Of a stretch of DNA of 64,000 nucleotides, positions 9,249-19,421 are shown piece by piece (positions within the stretch are counted from its first letter, which is position 1; the number at the start of each line of letters is the position of its first letter). A program made the translations under genes and the position numbers. Below the pieces are notes generated by a model. It had not been told where the DNA came from. It worked only from the letters and a program-made list of their open reading frames with translations, and ran no database searches. The stretch is from positions 1 to 64,000 of the forward strand of contig CAVXDX010000014.1 of the NCBI GenBank assembly GCA_963760615.1. Direction: 5' to 3'. This stretch comes from an uncultured Candidatus Micrarchaeota archaeon. GTDB taxonomy: Archaea > Micrarchaeota > Micrarchaeia > Burarchaeales > Fermentimicrarchaeaceae.

Positions 9249-10403
9249 TCAGCTAAGGACACTTGGCATGAAGATGAGTAGCACTCCCAGCAGAAACAGC
9301 ACAATTCCGCCCACCAGTTGTGAGAATTTGCCGTATTTTGAGGAGAAATCGGTTAAGCTTAGAGTAAGCACCGCCATGCTGAACACAATGATGTCATCAA
9401 GCATGTAAAAGAAAAGGTATATGAAGATGTAGAAGTAATACTCAATTACAGGCAGCTTGTTTAGGGCAAGTATTCTTGTGAACGTTGTCGGGAAGCCGGC
9501 TGAGCATGCAAACTCTATTGTGTTCACAGTAAATGCAAGTATGATTATGCCTAGGAGTGTTGCCGGCACTGCGCTGGGCTTGGCTATGTGTTCAGCTCTC
9601 TTCATAATGCTGCTATGGGAAGCGGCATCAGTAACCTTGCAGACTGCTGCCGGTAGGGTTATGTAATCCTTCAGGTTCATTGCCCCTGCAAATATTGCAA
9701 TGAGTCCGATTATTACGCGGGTCACATCGGTCAATCCTATAATGTCCCACAGCTTCAGCCATCCGGTAAGTATGAGGAAGTACCAGAATGCTGAGGCAAG
9801 TATGAAAGTTCCAGAAATAAGTATCATCCTCTTCCTGTCTTTTGTGGCTGCCAGTATTGTTAATAGGTAAATCAAGACCCACATAGCGCAGGGGTTGAAG
9901 CCATCAAGAAGGCCAAGCAGAAAGCTGAGGAAAGGGAGAGAAAGTGTTCTGACATCAACTCTTCCGACTATTGGATACTCAAATACGTACTCTTCAGTTG
10001 TGACTACTGTCTGGTTGCATCCAACCTGAAGGCAGTCCCGTATATCCTGCTCTATGAGCTTTCCAGTAGTCCCGTCATCGGCATAGCCAAGCACCACGGC
10101 ATCTCCTATATACGTCTGCGGGACTCCTGCGGTTGATGAGACGTTATGCGCTTCCATGAATTGCTTCATAAGATTTGCATTTGCGGGTGAGATGTCGACT
10201 GCAAGCCTCTTTATTTCCAGAGAGGGGTACTTGGGTTCAATCCTTGTCAGGAACACGGATTCGGCATGGCAGTGCGAGCAGGTTGTCGAGTAGAAGAAGT
10301 ACATCGTTACATTTGCTGCATTGACTGTGAGGCAGAGCAGTAGGATAATAAGCAAAAAGGTTGATTTTCTCAAGCTTAGCACCACTGATAGATTGGTATT
10401 CAT
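9249..10403 (-). CDS. Thioredoxin-like domain + CcdA/DsbD-like membrane domain protein
   Basis: Signal peptide, CSHC redox motif, LDGFNPCAMWVL and CSAGFP transmembrane cysteines. Confidence 0.8.
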   Translation of the reverse strand: MNTNLSVVLSLRKSTFLLIILLLCLTVNAANVTMYFFYSTTCSHCHAESVFLTRIEPKYPSLEIKRLAVDISPANANLMKQFMEAHNVSSTAGVPQTYIGDAVVLGYADDGTTGKLIEQDIRDCLQVGCNQTVVTTEEYVFEYPIVGRVDVRTLSLPFLSFLLGLLDGFNPCAMWVLIYLLTILAATKDRKRMILISGTFILASAFWYFLILTGWLKLWDIIGLTDVTRVIIGLIAIFAGAMNLKDYITLPAAVCKVTDAASHSSIMKRAEHIAKPSAVPATLLGIIILAFTVNTIEFACSAGFPTTFTRILALNKLPVIEYYFYIFIYLFFYMLDDIIVFSMAVLTLSLTDFSSKYGKFSQLVGGIVLFLLGVLLIFMPSVLS

Positions 10404-10473
10404 AATTTAAATTCTTTACCAGCAGGCATTCACCGGCATAATAAGATATATAAGCTAATTTCTTAAGGTAAGC

Positions 10474-11325
10474 ATGTTGCGACTGTTACCTTCGGGCATT
10501 ACCGAACTCAATGTTATGGAGCAGGTTAAGATACTGATGATAACTGCAATTGTCTTTGCTCTGACATTCATCGCAGTTCTTTATATTAAGGACGAGAATG
10601 ACGTGAAGAGTGCATCAATTTTTGTTGCAATAATCCCTTTTGCAGTTTTGGTCGTCTTGTATGGATTCACGCGGTGGTCTCAGTACAACACAATTGTCAA
10701 CACCCCAACTTCAAGGCCGAGCGGAGTTGCAGCAGGTTTTGTAGAGGTTTACGGAGAAGCTGAGCCGAAGGACAAGAGCCTAGTCAGCCCTTTTGGAAGC
10801 CAGGAGTGCGCGTTCTACAGATTCCGGGCAGGTGTGAGCTCTTGGTTATTGCAGAGCGACAGTGGAAGTTTTTTGGTTAGGGATAGGTCGGGTATGATTG
10901 AAGTGGACCCACGGGGAGCAGAGCTCAACAATGACAGCTGGAAGGTCTTTTCTTTAAAAAAGAATGAGAAGAGTCCTAATTTAGATAAGTTCATTGAGGA
11001 GATGAAGAGCAATTATGGACAGGTTGCAAGTTGGATTGATACGGATAGGGAGGATAGGATTTTCAGCGAGTATGTAATAAAGAAGGGGCAGAAAGTCTTC
11101 GTTACAGGAACCGCAGTTCCTTGGTATGACATACGCTCAGATTTGGTAGTTCCAAAGCTCGTGATAAAGAGGGGCAAGCAGAACACTTTCTTTTACATTT
11201 CAAAGAAGGAGGAGACAGGAGTGCTTGCTGATATGAGAAAGCAGGCAATACTGTTCATAGCTGGAGGAGGGGTTGTTGCTCTGTTTGGAATAGGGTATAT
11301 CCTACTCAAGCTGAATATGCTTTAA
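10474..11325 (+). CDS. GIDE-domain (MUL1 N-terminal-like) membrane protein
   Basis: TM helices flanking IVNTPTS...GFVEVYG...SPF...C...F..RDRSG.I.VDP.GAE...E.VI..G.KVFV.G pattern. Confidence 0.65.
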   Translation: MLRLLPSGITELNVMEQVKILMITAIVFALTFIAVLYIKDENDVKSASIFVAIIPFAVLVVLYGFTRWSQYNTIVNTPTSRPSGVAAGFVEVYGEAEPKDKSLVSPFGSQECAFYRFRAGVSSWLLQSDSGSFLVRDRSGMIEVDPRGAELNNDSWKVFSLKKNEKSPNLDKFIEEMKSNYGQVASWIDTDREDRIFSEYVIKKGQKVFVTGTAVPWYDIRSDLVVPKLVIKRGKQNTFFYISKKEETGVLADMRKQAILFIAGGGVVALFGIGYILLKLNML

Positions 11326-11383
11326 CTGGCCTACTTCAAGTATTAAATTAATTTCCTCTTAAATAGCTATAGAGAGGTGAACC

Positions 11384-11842
11384 ATGTCTAGGCCTTCTTG
11401 GGATGAATACTTCATGAAGATATGCGATGATGTTGCAGAGAGGTCAACCTGCAAGAGACATAATTTTGGAGCAGTGATAGTGAAGGACAAGAGGCTGCTT
11501 GCAACAGGCTACAATGGCGCTCCAAGAGGTTTGCCGCATTGCTTGGAGATTGGCTGTTTAAGGGATGAGCTGGGCATAGCGAGTGGAACCCACCATGAGA
11601 TATGCAGGGGGGTTCATGCCGAGCAGAATGCAATCATTCAGTGTGCGCTGCATGGAGTTTCCTCAAAGGATGCAACAATGTATGTGAATGGGATACCCTG
11701 CAAGATATGCGCCAAGATGATAATCAATGCAGGGATAAACCGAGTCGTTTACTCCGGGGATTATGCAGACAAGGAGGCTTTTGAGCTTTTCAAGCAGGCA
11801 GGAGTCAAGATGGACAGATTGAAATGGGAGAAAAAGAGGTGA
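11384..11842 (+). CDS. dCMP deaminase (cytidine/deoxycytidylate deaminase family)
   Basis: [26 protein letters not shown] zinc motifs. Confidence 0.95.
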   Translation: MSRPSWDEYFMKICDDVAERSTCKRHNFGAVIVKDKRLLATGYNGAPRGLPHCLEIGCLRDELGIASGTHHEICRGVHAEQNAIIQCALHGVSSKDATMYVNGIPCKICAKMIINAGINRVVYSGDYADKEAFELFKQAGVKMDRLKWEKKR

Positions 11843-11846
11843 TATT

Positions 11847-12257
11847 ATGCCTTTGAGCGTTATGCATTCTTTCGTACACCAGACAGAGGAGAAGACAACT
11901 TCACTTACAATATCACTTGGAGAGTGCAGGTCGGGCGACTGCGCACTTTTCATAACTCTCAGCGACAAAGTGAACAAGAACAGAGTGAAGCTTGACATTG
12001 ATGAAGTCGCAGGGCTTGCGGAAGCGGTTGAGAAGAACAAGAGCTGGAGCGCCTTTCACACTTTCACAACTTTGGAGAATGTGGAGAAGAAGAATAAGAT
12101 AGGCTACAACGACGGATTCTTCAGCGTTGAGGGGGAAAAGAAGATTGCAATGAAACTTGGCGAGAACGAGAGGGCTGCCTTCAAGAGGGTGCTGGAGTTT
12201 GCCTTCAACAAGATGGTAGAGGGGAAATGGGAGCAGGGGAAGAAGTTTGAGAAGTGA
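11847..12257 (+). CDS. Hypothetical protein, possible PC4/Whirly/Pur-like ssDNA-binding fold
   Basis: Coupled to the deaminase; two beta-beta-beta-alpha-like units ending VKLDIDEVAGL and MKLGENERAAF. Confidence 0.6.
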   Translation: MPLSVMHSFVHQTEEKTTSLTISLGECRSGDCALFITLSDKVNKNRVKLDIDEVAGLAEAVEKNKSWSAFHTFTTLENVEKKNKIGYNDGFFSVEGEKKIAMKLGENERAAFKRVLEFAFNKMVEGKWEQGKKFEK

Positions 12258-12258
12258 G

Positions 12259-12765
12259 TTATTCCAGAGGTTTCCTCCTGAAGTCGGCGCCAACTGTTTT
12301 GTCCAGTTCTTTTTTTGTATGAGCTCTGAGCCCTATCACTTTTCGCATAATTTCAGAATCCGAGTTCTCAATGAATTTGCTGAGCCCGTCAGTGCTCTGC
12401 TCATTTGCGTAGATTATTAGTTTGGCTAGGGTTCCCATATCTATGAGTATCTCCTTTTCCATATCCACAACGTTGTCTATATTCCTGTTGAGAATTTTCA
12501 CAGCAGCGGGATTCTTTCCTGCTGGAGTTTTGGCAGACTGTTTCACAGCATCATCAAGGAAGAGTGCAAACTTCATCTCAGTCTCACCAAAGGTTAGCAG
12601 CGAGCCCTCAGCTGCTTTTATTTTTTCCGAGACCTTTTTCAGCATCTCTCTTGGCCTCTCCTTCCAGTTAATATCGGCCTCGATGAGCTCCCTTACTCCA
12701 TCTGCAAGCTCGGCAAAACGAGCCTCCTTTTCAGCATGCTGCGCATACTTGAATCCAAGGTTCAT
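12259..12765 (-). CDS. Hypothetical helical protein
   Basis: 168-aa ORF convergent with the upstream operon. Confidence 0.7.
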   Translation of the reverse strand: MNLGFKYAQHAEKEARFAELADGVRELIEADINWKERPREMLKKVSEKIKAAEGSLLTFGETEMKFALFLDDAVKQSAKTPAGKNPAAVKILNRNIDNVVDMEKEILIDMGTLAKLIIYANEQSTDGLSKFIENSDSEIMRKVIGLRAHTKKELDKTVGADFRRKPLE

Positions 12766-12831
12766 AAAGAAGCTTTGATTTTCGGAGTATAAAAAGATAA
12801 TTATAAATTAGGTTTAATTGAATATATCTCT

Positions 12832-13929
12832 ATGAGAGTTAGTGAAGGGGAAGCCAGACTTATAATGAATGGGAAAGTCTTCTTCAACCCCCAGATGGAG
12901 TTCTGCAGGGATATATCCAGCCTAGCTGTGGAAGCATACTGCAAGGAGGTGGAGGGGAAGATTCATCTTGTCGATGGGTTTTGCGCAAGTGGGGTGCGAG
13001 GTATAAGGTATAAACTTGAAAATGACTGCGTCGGAAGGGTTGAGTTTGTTGACATGGATGAGAAGGCATGCAGGCTTGCCGAAAGGAATGCCAAGCTGAA
13101 CAAGCTCAAAAATTACAGGGTTCACTGCTGCCACATAAACGATTTCCTCTTTCACAACAGACACTTTGACTGGGTGGAGATAGACCCTTTCGGCACTCCT
13201 CTGCCGTACCTGCAGAGTACACTTGCATCATTCAGAAAAGAAGGGATGCTCTCGGTTACAGCAACTGACACTGCTGTGCTCTGCGGGGCGCATTACAAAG
13301 CCTGCCTTAAGAATTATGGAGCAATGCCAATTGACAATGAGTACTGCCATGAGATTGGAGTGAGAATACTGGCTGGAGCAATTGTGAGGTTCGCCTCAAG
13401 CCTGAATCTAAGCTCTGAATTTTATCTTTCTATGTCGGCACAGCATTTCTTCAAGCTTTTTGTTATGCTCAGAGCAGGAGCTGATGGAGCTGTCGTCAGC
13501 ATGAAAAAAATGGGGTACATCTCCCACTGCCCCAAATGCCTCAACAGGGAGTTGAGGTTCAATCCCCCTCGTCTAAGGGAAAAATGCCCCAGATGCAGTG
13601 GTCGATTTGAGCATGCAGGTCCTCTCTTCTTGGGGGGGCTTTGGAACGTTGAGTTTCTCAAGATAATGAGGGAAATAAACCAGAGGAGAGAGTATGGGAA
13701 TAAAGCCAGAATTGACGAGGTGCTGTCTCTTATGGAGGAAGAGGCGGGCATGCCCCCCACATATTTCGACCTGCATAAGGTTGCCAAGAAAGTGAAGAAA
13801 TCCCCGCCGAATTTTGAGAGCTTTATCAAGAGGTTGAAGGAGAGGGGGTTCGAGGTTTCAAGAACCCATTTCAAAAGAAATTCAGTTAGAAGCAATGCGG
13901 GATTGGATGACGTCTTATCTGCTTTTTAG
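12832..13929 (+). CDS. trm1: tRNA (guanine-26 N2,N2)-dimethyltransferase
   Basis: VFFNPQMEFCRD, ASGVRGIRY, IDPFGTP, VTATDTA, GPLFLG and Zn-ribbon. Confidence 0.95.
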   Translation: MRVSEGEARLIMNGKVFFNPQMEFCRDISSLAVEAYCKEVEGKIHLVDGFCASGVRGIRYKLENDCVGRVEFVDMDEKACRLAERNAKLNKLKNYRVHCCHINDFLFHNRHFDWVEIDPFGTPLPYLQSTLASFRKEGMLSVTATDTAVLCGAHYKACLKNYGAMPIDNEYCHEIGVRILAGAIVRFASSLNLSSEFYLSMSAQHFFKLFVMLRAGADGAVVSMKKMGYISHCPKCLNRELRFNPPRLREKCPRCSGRFEHAGPLFLGGLWNVEFLKIMREINQRREYGNKARIDEVLSLMEEEAGMPPTYFDLHKVAKKVKKSPPNFESFIKRLKERGFEVSRTHFKRNSVRSNAGLDDVLSAF

Positions 13930-15255
13930 TTTGCGTGTATCGGCAAATCCAATCATCACATCATTGACGTTGGTCCTTGTCGACCTGGTTATGACGGCCG
14001 CACCAATTCTCTTGAAAAAATTGTAAGAGTTGTTGTTCCTCTGGAATTCAAGCGCATCCATCTCAAGCTCCTTCCCCTTCTGAATTGTGGAGCCGTCCAC
14101 TACCGCTCCATCAGCAGGCGAGCTGCCGTCTATCCCATCTGTCCCAAATGATGCAAAGAGAACGTCGCTTAAACCCTGTATTTCAATGGCGCAGGCAAGC
14201 GCAACCTCCTGGTTCCTGCCGCCAATCCCCTTGCCAGTAACCTTCACCGTAGTCTCCCCTCCTGCTATGAATGTTTTGCCCTTCTTCAACAGAGCAGCAA
14301 ACATCCTGCCGGCCTCCCTCGCATCGCCCCGGATATTGCGTATGATTTCTGGTTTCATCCTATGTGATTCAAGGCACTTCTTTGCTGCAAGCAACGCAAC
14401 TTCATTGCTGCCTATGATGAAGCTATGCACGTTCTTGAAAACGAGGTCTCCAGGTTTGGGTGTTTCCTCAATCTTCCCATTCGCCCCTGCCTCAATAATT
14501 CTGCAGGCAGTTGAGTCATCCCAGAGCTTGTATTTCAGGAGAATCTTCTTTGCATCCGAGAAGGTTGTGCTATCTGGAACAGTAGGACCTGAGGAGATCA
14601 CATCGAGTGGGTCTCCGACAACATCGGATATTATGAGATTTACTACTGTTGCAGGGTACAGCCTCTTGGCAAGCCTTCCCCCCTTGACTTTGGAGAGGTG
14701 CTTCCTCACGGTGTTGAGTTCGTTTATATCCGCGCCAGCCTTCATGAGCTTGTTTATAATTCCCTGCTTCTCCTCAAGCTTCAAACTGTCAATTGGAAAG
14801 GAGAGCAGCGCGGAACCGCCGCCAGAGATGAGGCAGATTACCAAATCGTTTTTTCTTATCTGCTTGGCATACTCCAGCATCTTTCTAGTCCCTTCGAGGC
14901 TTCCTGCGCCTGGAATTGGGTGCTCAGCTTCCTGAATTTGAATATGCTTCACGCTGAAGTGAGTTCCCCGCAGCACATTGACAATTCCGCCTTTTATTGG
15001 GAGAATCTTTTCAATTCCTTCAGCCATCAGCCCGCTTGCCTTGCCCCAGCCAAGAAGATGGATGTTGTCAAATTTTTTAAGTTGGAAGCTCTCCTTCTTC
15101 CCGCCGGCTTTTATTGTGAGCCTGCCGCCCTTGAGGAGCACGCTCCTCTCAATCAAGCCATCTGGCTTTACAGCGCGTATAGTCTCCTCAATTGCACTAA
15201 GAAGAATCCACCTTCCCTCACCTTTGATCAGGGCATCCTTGTTCTCAATCACCAT
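13915..15255 (-). CDS. Glycerate 2-kinase (MOFRL/TtuD family)
   Basis: GKAS, LISGGGSAL, INELNTVRKHLS, SDVVGD, SGPT, GGETTV, GGRNQE, GTDGIDG, TNVND motifs. Confidence 0.93.
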   Translation of the reverse strand: MVIENKDALIKGEGRWILLSAIEETIRAVKPDGLIERSVLLKGGRLTIKAGGKKESFQLKKFDNIHLLGWGKASGLMAEGIEKILPIKGGIVNVLRGTHFSVKHIQIQEAEHPIPGAGSLEGTRKMLEYAKQIRKNDLVICLISGGGSALLSFPIDSLKLEEKQGIINKLMKAGADINELNTVRKHLSKVKGGRLAKRLYPATVVNLIISDVVGDPLDVISSGPTVPDSTTFSDAKKILLKYKLWDDSTACRIIEAGANGKIEETPKPGDLVFKNVHSFIIGSNEVALLAAKKCLESHRMKPEIIRNIRGDAREAGRMFAALLKKGKTFIAGGETTVKVTGKGIGGRNQEVALACAIEIQGLSDVLFASFGTDGIDGSSPADGAVVDGSTIQKGKELEMDALEFQRNNNSYNFFKRIGAAVITRSTRTNVNDVMIGFADTRKLKSR

Positions 15256-15323
15256 GCCGCCTCCAGTCAGATTTTTAGATATGTATTTATATATTAAAAA
15301 ATCAGTTGTATGGCGGTGGTAAA

Positions 15324-17345
15324 ATGGATTATAAAAAGCTCGCTCTTTTGCTGCTGTTTTCTGCAGTCATACTTGCAGGCTGCCTTGATTGGCTGAACCC
15401 GCCAGTCAAGGATGAGTACGAGATATTCTCAAACCTGCCAACGGACAATGCGAAAGCATTGGTTTACATGAAGTTTACACAGGATGGGACTAAGGAGTTC
15501 CAGGAGCTTTTCGGAAAGATTCTTACTGGAGATGTTGCAAAGAAGAGCCAGGGGAGTGAGGCGGCAATTGTTTTATACAACGACTCATTGGGGATGGTGA
15601 GCTATTCGAAAACAAATATGAGCGTGAATGATGCCATTAGTGAGATGAACTCCAGCATGACTGAGAGTCAGAGGAAGCAGATCACAATTGAAACAAAGAA
15701 CATTGGCGGAAAGGACGTCACCATATTGGATGTTAAGAGCAGTGGCTATGACGTGCCCATATGTATTTGGAAGGAGGGCGACACTATGAAAGTATTGATG
15801 ATGTTCAACTCCCCGCAAACTATTCCTGCTCCGGCGCCAGCTTTTGCAAATGAGCCCGCAAGCCCTCTTATTGGCTATGCCCTGCAAGTTGCATCCGAAG
15901 GGCAGGGCAGTCCCGGCAGTAGCTGCGATGCGATTCTTGGGAAAAAGTATGACACAGGCAACGCCAAGGCGCTTTTCAAGGATGCTGACTACATAAAAAG
16001 CAGCATACCGGTTTCTGGGAAATTGTTTGGAGAGTTCAAAGCTTACGCAGGTGATAACCCGCTTCTCAATGGCAGCATATACGGAGTGATGTTCGGGGAT
16101 GACAATGCGGATAACCTCGTGGTTGCTGGAAGGATGAACTTCACCAATGCAACGATGGCGAATATAAGCAACAACTATTGCGCCAGCAGCGCGACAAGCA
16201 GTTCTAAGAGCAGCATAATTCAGTCCAATGGTAAGGAAGCATGCATGCAGGAAGGCAAAGCCACACTGCTTACCATTGATGCGCAGTTCATAACCCTGCA
16301 GAGAAAGGTCGGGGAGTACTACATATTTGTCGCGACATACGTAAAAGACAATAAGAATGCGGTGGAAGAGAGCGCAAAGAATACTGTTTTCTCAGTCAAC
16401 CTGCCTGGCAGTGACGCCAGCTGGACTGACAAGGCAAAGTTGGAAGTGGATGTCTACTCCGGGGGATATGGCAGCAGACAGCCCTTGGGTGGGGTCAGGG
16501 TTGATTTGTTCAAGAGCATTCCATCTGACTATCGCACCTATGACACTTCTGCGCCTAGCGAACTTCTTGAAACAAAATACACAGACGATTCAGGAAAGGC
16601 AGTATTCGAGAATTTGCCGTTGAATGAAAGTTTGCACCTGGTGGCAAGCAAGGAGGGGTATGAGAACCAGACACAAAATATCTACTCGTTTACCACCCCC
16701 ACAACCGTATACATGACGAAAGTGGACAAAAGTCTCAGGGTTAGCGTCTATGAGTACAGCACGGGGTATGGCGGAGGAGTTAAGGTGAAAGAAGCCAGAG
16801 TCAGCGTATACTCGGACAATGAACTGCTTGGAATGAACTACACAGGCACGAATGGAGAGGCAGCAATACAAAATATTGAGAATGGGAAAATCCGCATTGA
16901 TGTGAGTAAAGAAGGGTATGAATATGAAGTTAAATCATTGGAAGTGGGGCGGTATAGCAGGGACACATCCATCTATCTGACACGCATATCGAATAGGACA
17001 GCATTGGCAAATGGGACAATGAGCGGAGCTCAGCATCTATGCGCCCAAGTCGAAGTATCCTCCTCTCCTTATAAGTTAAGGGCAAAATTCACAAGCCTTA
17101 ATGACACATATTCGCGCTATTTGATGTATGGAATAGACTGTCCGAACGCCGATGAAATTGGTTATGGGTGCTCAACAAGAGGCTGTAGTTCTGGCGGCAG
17201 CTACTGTTATATTGCCACTGCGAGCTCATCTTATGCCAACTCTGGAATATGGATAAACGCCAGTACAGGAACGCATACAATATGCATCTGGCCCTCTTCT
17301 CCAAGCGGCTATAACTGGTTCGGGCAGATGTACAAAGAGGGGTAG
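15324..17345 (+). CDS. Lipoprotein / surface protein with carboxypeptidase-regulatory-like (PEGA-type) domains
   Basis: LAGC lipobox; repeated T...G.A...N....Y...SKEGY units; many NxS/T sites. Confidence 0.75.
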   Translation: MDYKKLALLLLFSAVILAGCLDWLNPPVKDEYEIFSNLPTDNAKALVYMKFTQDGTKEFQELFGKILTGDVAKKSQGSEAAIVLYNDSLGMVSYSKTNMSVNDAISEMNSSMTESQRKQITIETKNIGGKDVTILDVKSSGYDVPICIWKEGDTMKVLMMFNSPQTIPAPAPAFANEPASPLIGYALQVASEGQGSPGSSCDAILGKKYDTGNAKALFKDADYIKSSIPVSGKLFGEFKAYAGDNPLLNGSIYGVMFGDDNADNLVVAGRMNFTNATMANISNNYCASSATSSSKSSIIQSNGKEACMQEGKATLLTIDAQFITLQRKVGEYYIFVATYVKDNKNAVEESAKNTVFSVNLPGSDASWTDKAKLEVDVYSGGYGSRQPLGGVRVDLFKSIPSDYRTYDTSAPSELLETKYTDDSGKAVFENLPLNESLHLVASKEGYENQTQNIYSFTTPTTVYMTKVDKSLRVSVYEYSTGYGGGVKVKEARVSVYSDNELLGMNYTGTNGEAAIQNIENGKIRIDVSKEGYEYEVKSLEVGRYSRDTSIYLTRISNRTALANGTMSGAQHLCAQVEVSSSPYKLRAKFTSLNDTYSRYLMYGIDCPNADEIGYGCSTRGCSSGGSYCYIATASSSYANSGIWINASTGTHTICIWPSSPSGYNWFGQMYKEG

Positions 17346-17408
17346 AGGGGGTTGCGCAGGACTCATCAGAACTCTGCAGGGATTGATTAGGACAGACAGA
17401 TATTCGAT

Positions 17409-18164
17409 TTAGTGAAAAGAGTGGGCATCATCCGGAAACTTGCCGCTTCTGACTTCCTCCTTGAAGTCTGCAACTGCCTTCTTTATAATTTCTGATAGGT
17501 TGGCGTACACTTTTACATGCCTTGGCTTGAACCTCTCGTCCATCCCAAGCAAATCATTGATGACAAGCACCTGCCCGTCGCAGTACTTGCCTGCGCCTAT
17601 GCCTATGGTTATGCTTTTAACATTCTCCGTTATTCTCTTGGCAAGCTGCTCAGGCACCAGCTCGAGCACCATTGAGAAAACTCCGAGCCTGTCAATTGTC
17701 TGGGCATCGGCGAATATCCGCTCGGCCTCGTCGCCCAGCTTCCCCACGAGCTTGTGCTTCTCTGCAGTCTGTGGAAGCAGCCCCAGGTGCCCCATTACGG
17801 GAATTTGGTTGCTCAGCAACTCCTTTATCACCTCAGTCACGCATCCTTCAACCTTCACCCCAATCGCGCCTGCCTCAATAAACTTTCTGGCGTTCTCAAC
17901 CGCCAGCTGAGGAGTTGCGTAGGAGCCGATGGGCATATCCCCGATTATGGGGGTATTTTTAGCACCTCTTGCAACTGCTCTTGTGTGGTGCAACATCTCA
18001 TTCATTGTGACCTGCTTAGTGCTCTCATACCCGAGCATCACCATCCCGAGGCTGTCTCCCACGAGTATTAAATCTATTCCTGCCTCCTCCAGAAGCCTTG
18101 CAACTTGGTAGTCGTAGGCAGTGAGCATGACAACTTTTTTATTTCTCTTCAACCCTTCTAGCAT
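17409..18164 (-). CDS. panB: 3-methyl-2-oxobutanoate hydroxymethyltransferase
   Basis: MLTAYD, LVGDSLGM, GDMP, VKVEG, MGHLGLLPQ, IGIGAG, DGQVLV motifs. Confidence 0.96.
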   Translation of the reverse strand: MLEGLKRNKKVVMLTAYDYQVARLLEEAGIDLILVGDSLGMVMLGYESTKQVTMNEMLHHTRAVARGAKNTPIIGDMPIGSYATPQLAVENARKFIEAGAIGVKVEGCVTEVIKELLSNQIPVMGHLGLLPQTAEKHKLVGKLGDEAERIFADAQTIDRLGVFSMVLELVPEQLAKRITENVKSITIGIGAGKYCDGQVLVINDLLGMDERFKPRHVKVYANLSEIIKKAVADFKEEVRSGKFPDDAHSFH

Positions 18165-19047
18165 GTGACCCCTCCAGATATTTTATCATGCAGACAAGCG
18201 CTCCATTCATAGGGGTGAGCACACCGTACTTCCTCCCTATCTCAACAATCTTGCCATTCAGGAAGTCAATCTCGGTCTTCTTCCCCTTCATCAAATCCTG
18301 GTGCATCGAGGAGTAGTTCTTGAGCCCTGCTATCTCTCTGTCAATCGATTTTGCGAAATCCTTCTCGAACTCCACCCCCTCCTTTTTTGCAACCTCAAGG
18401 CACTCATATACTATGCCGTGCCTCAGAATGTCAAGGGAAGGGGCGACAATCTGGTAATCCCTTACTTCAAGTATGGCGGTGAGCGGGTTTATCAAGCAGT
18501 TCGTTATGAGCTTTCTCCAGATGTCCCTCCTGAGGTCATCAACCACTTTCGTTGTCAATCCGCTGTCGTTGAACAGCTTCGCGATTTCTCTGCTCTTTTC
18601 GGTATCGCCGAGCACCACCCACCCCTTCATTATTGTAACTTCACCAGGCTTGAGGAACTCCGCCCCGAAGTGCAGCACGCCCCTCTCAACATGGGGCTTG
18701 GCGCCGACAACAGCTCTGACAAGCTCCTCGTTGCCTATTCCATTCTGCAGTATAAGTATGGTTGTATCGTCCCTCAGAAGCTTAATCACTCCCTCAAGAG
18801 CTTTCTGGGAGTCATGCACCTTAGTAGTCAGTATTATCAGCGAATTGGGCGGAATCTCTCTTATCCGTGTGTCAGCTTTTATGCGAAGCACTCCTTCAAT
18901 TCCGCCTTTAAGGACAAGTCCGTTTTTGTTTATTGCATCGACATGCCTCTGCTCGCCAATAAGGGTGACATCGTTTTTCTTTGAGAGCATTGCCCCGCAT
19001 GAGCTTCCTATGGCCCCTGCGCCGAGAATGAAGATTTTGCTGAAGAT
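18139..19047 (-). CDS. panE: 2-dehydropantoate 2-reductase; start appears to be ATC at 19047
   Basis: In-frame KIFILGAGAIGS Rossmann motif lies upstream of the tracked ATG (18990); LQNG, WRKLITN, NPLTA, SSMHQD, TEID.LNG motifs. Confidence 0.9.
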   Translation of the reverse strand: MFSKIFILGAGAIGSSCGAMLSKKNDVTLIGEQRHVDAINKNGLVLKGGIEGVLRIKADTRIREIPPNSLIILTTKVHDSQKALEGVIKLLRDDTTILILQNGIGNEELVRAVVGAKPHVERGVLHFGAEFLKPGEVTIMKGWVVLGDTEKSREIAKLFNDSGLTTKVVDDLRRDIWRKLITNCLINPLTAILEVRDYQIVAPSLDILRHGIVYECLEVAKKEGVEFEKDFAKSIDREIAGLKNYSSMHQDLMKGKKTEIDFLNGKIVEIGRKYGVLTPMNGALVCMIKYLEGSHARRVEEK

Positions 19048-19056
19048 GGAATCACC

Positions 19057-19359
19057 TCACTGGAGCTGTTTGAACCAATTGGAAAGGTAGTCCGCAACCT
19101 TGCCGGCTTCTTTTCCCTTGTGTGTAAGTGAGTACATGACCCGAATCGGCCTCTGCTCCACCACTTTTCTTTTTATCAAGCCATTTCTCTCGAGAAGCCT
19201 GAGCTTGTCCGAAAGAGTCTTGGGGTTCGCCTTCAGCATTCTCAAAAGTTCGTTGAAGCCCAGCTCTTCGTTTTTTATAAGGCTGCTTACAATTATGCTG
19301 CCCCACTTGTTACCTACAGTCTTGCAGAACCTATACATCGGGCATTCTTCCTCGGCCAT
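19057..19359 (-). CDS. HxlR-family winged-helix transcriptional regulator
   Basis: VGNKW...I...L...GFNEL...NPKTLSDKLR.LE.NGLI.R...P.RV.YSLT.KG pattern. Confidence 0.92.
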   Translation of the reverse strand: MAEEECPMYRFCKTVGNKWGSIIVSSLIKNEELGFNELLRMLKANPKTLSDKLRLLERNGLIKRKVVEQRPIRVMYSLTHKGKEAGKVADYLSNWFKQLQ

Positions 19360-19421
19360 AACCTCACCGATATGCTATTGGATGCGGGCGTATATTAATC
19401 TAACTTACGCCAAAGAAGCCG

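Noticed and set aside
19057-19059. Selenocysteine recoding of the hxlR TGA
   Set aside because: hxlR is complete at this stop, the position is not a catalytic site, and no SECIS-like element or Sec machinery is evident; an SD-led ATC start is simpler.
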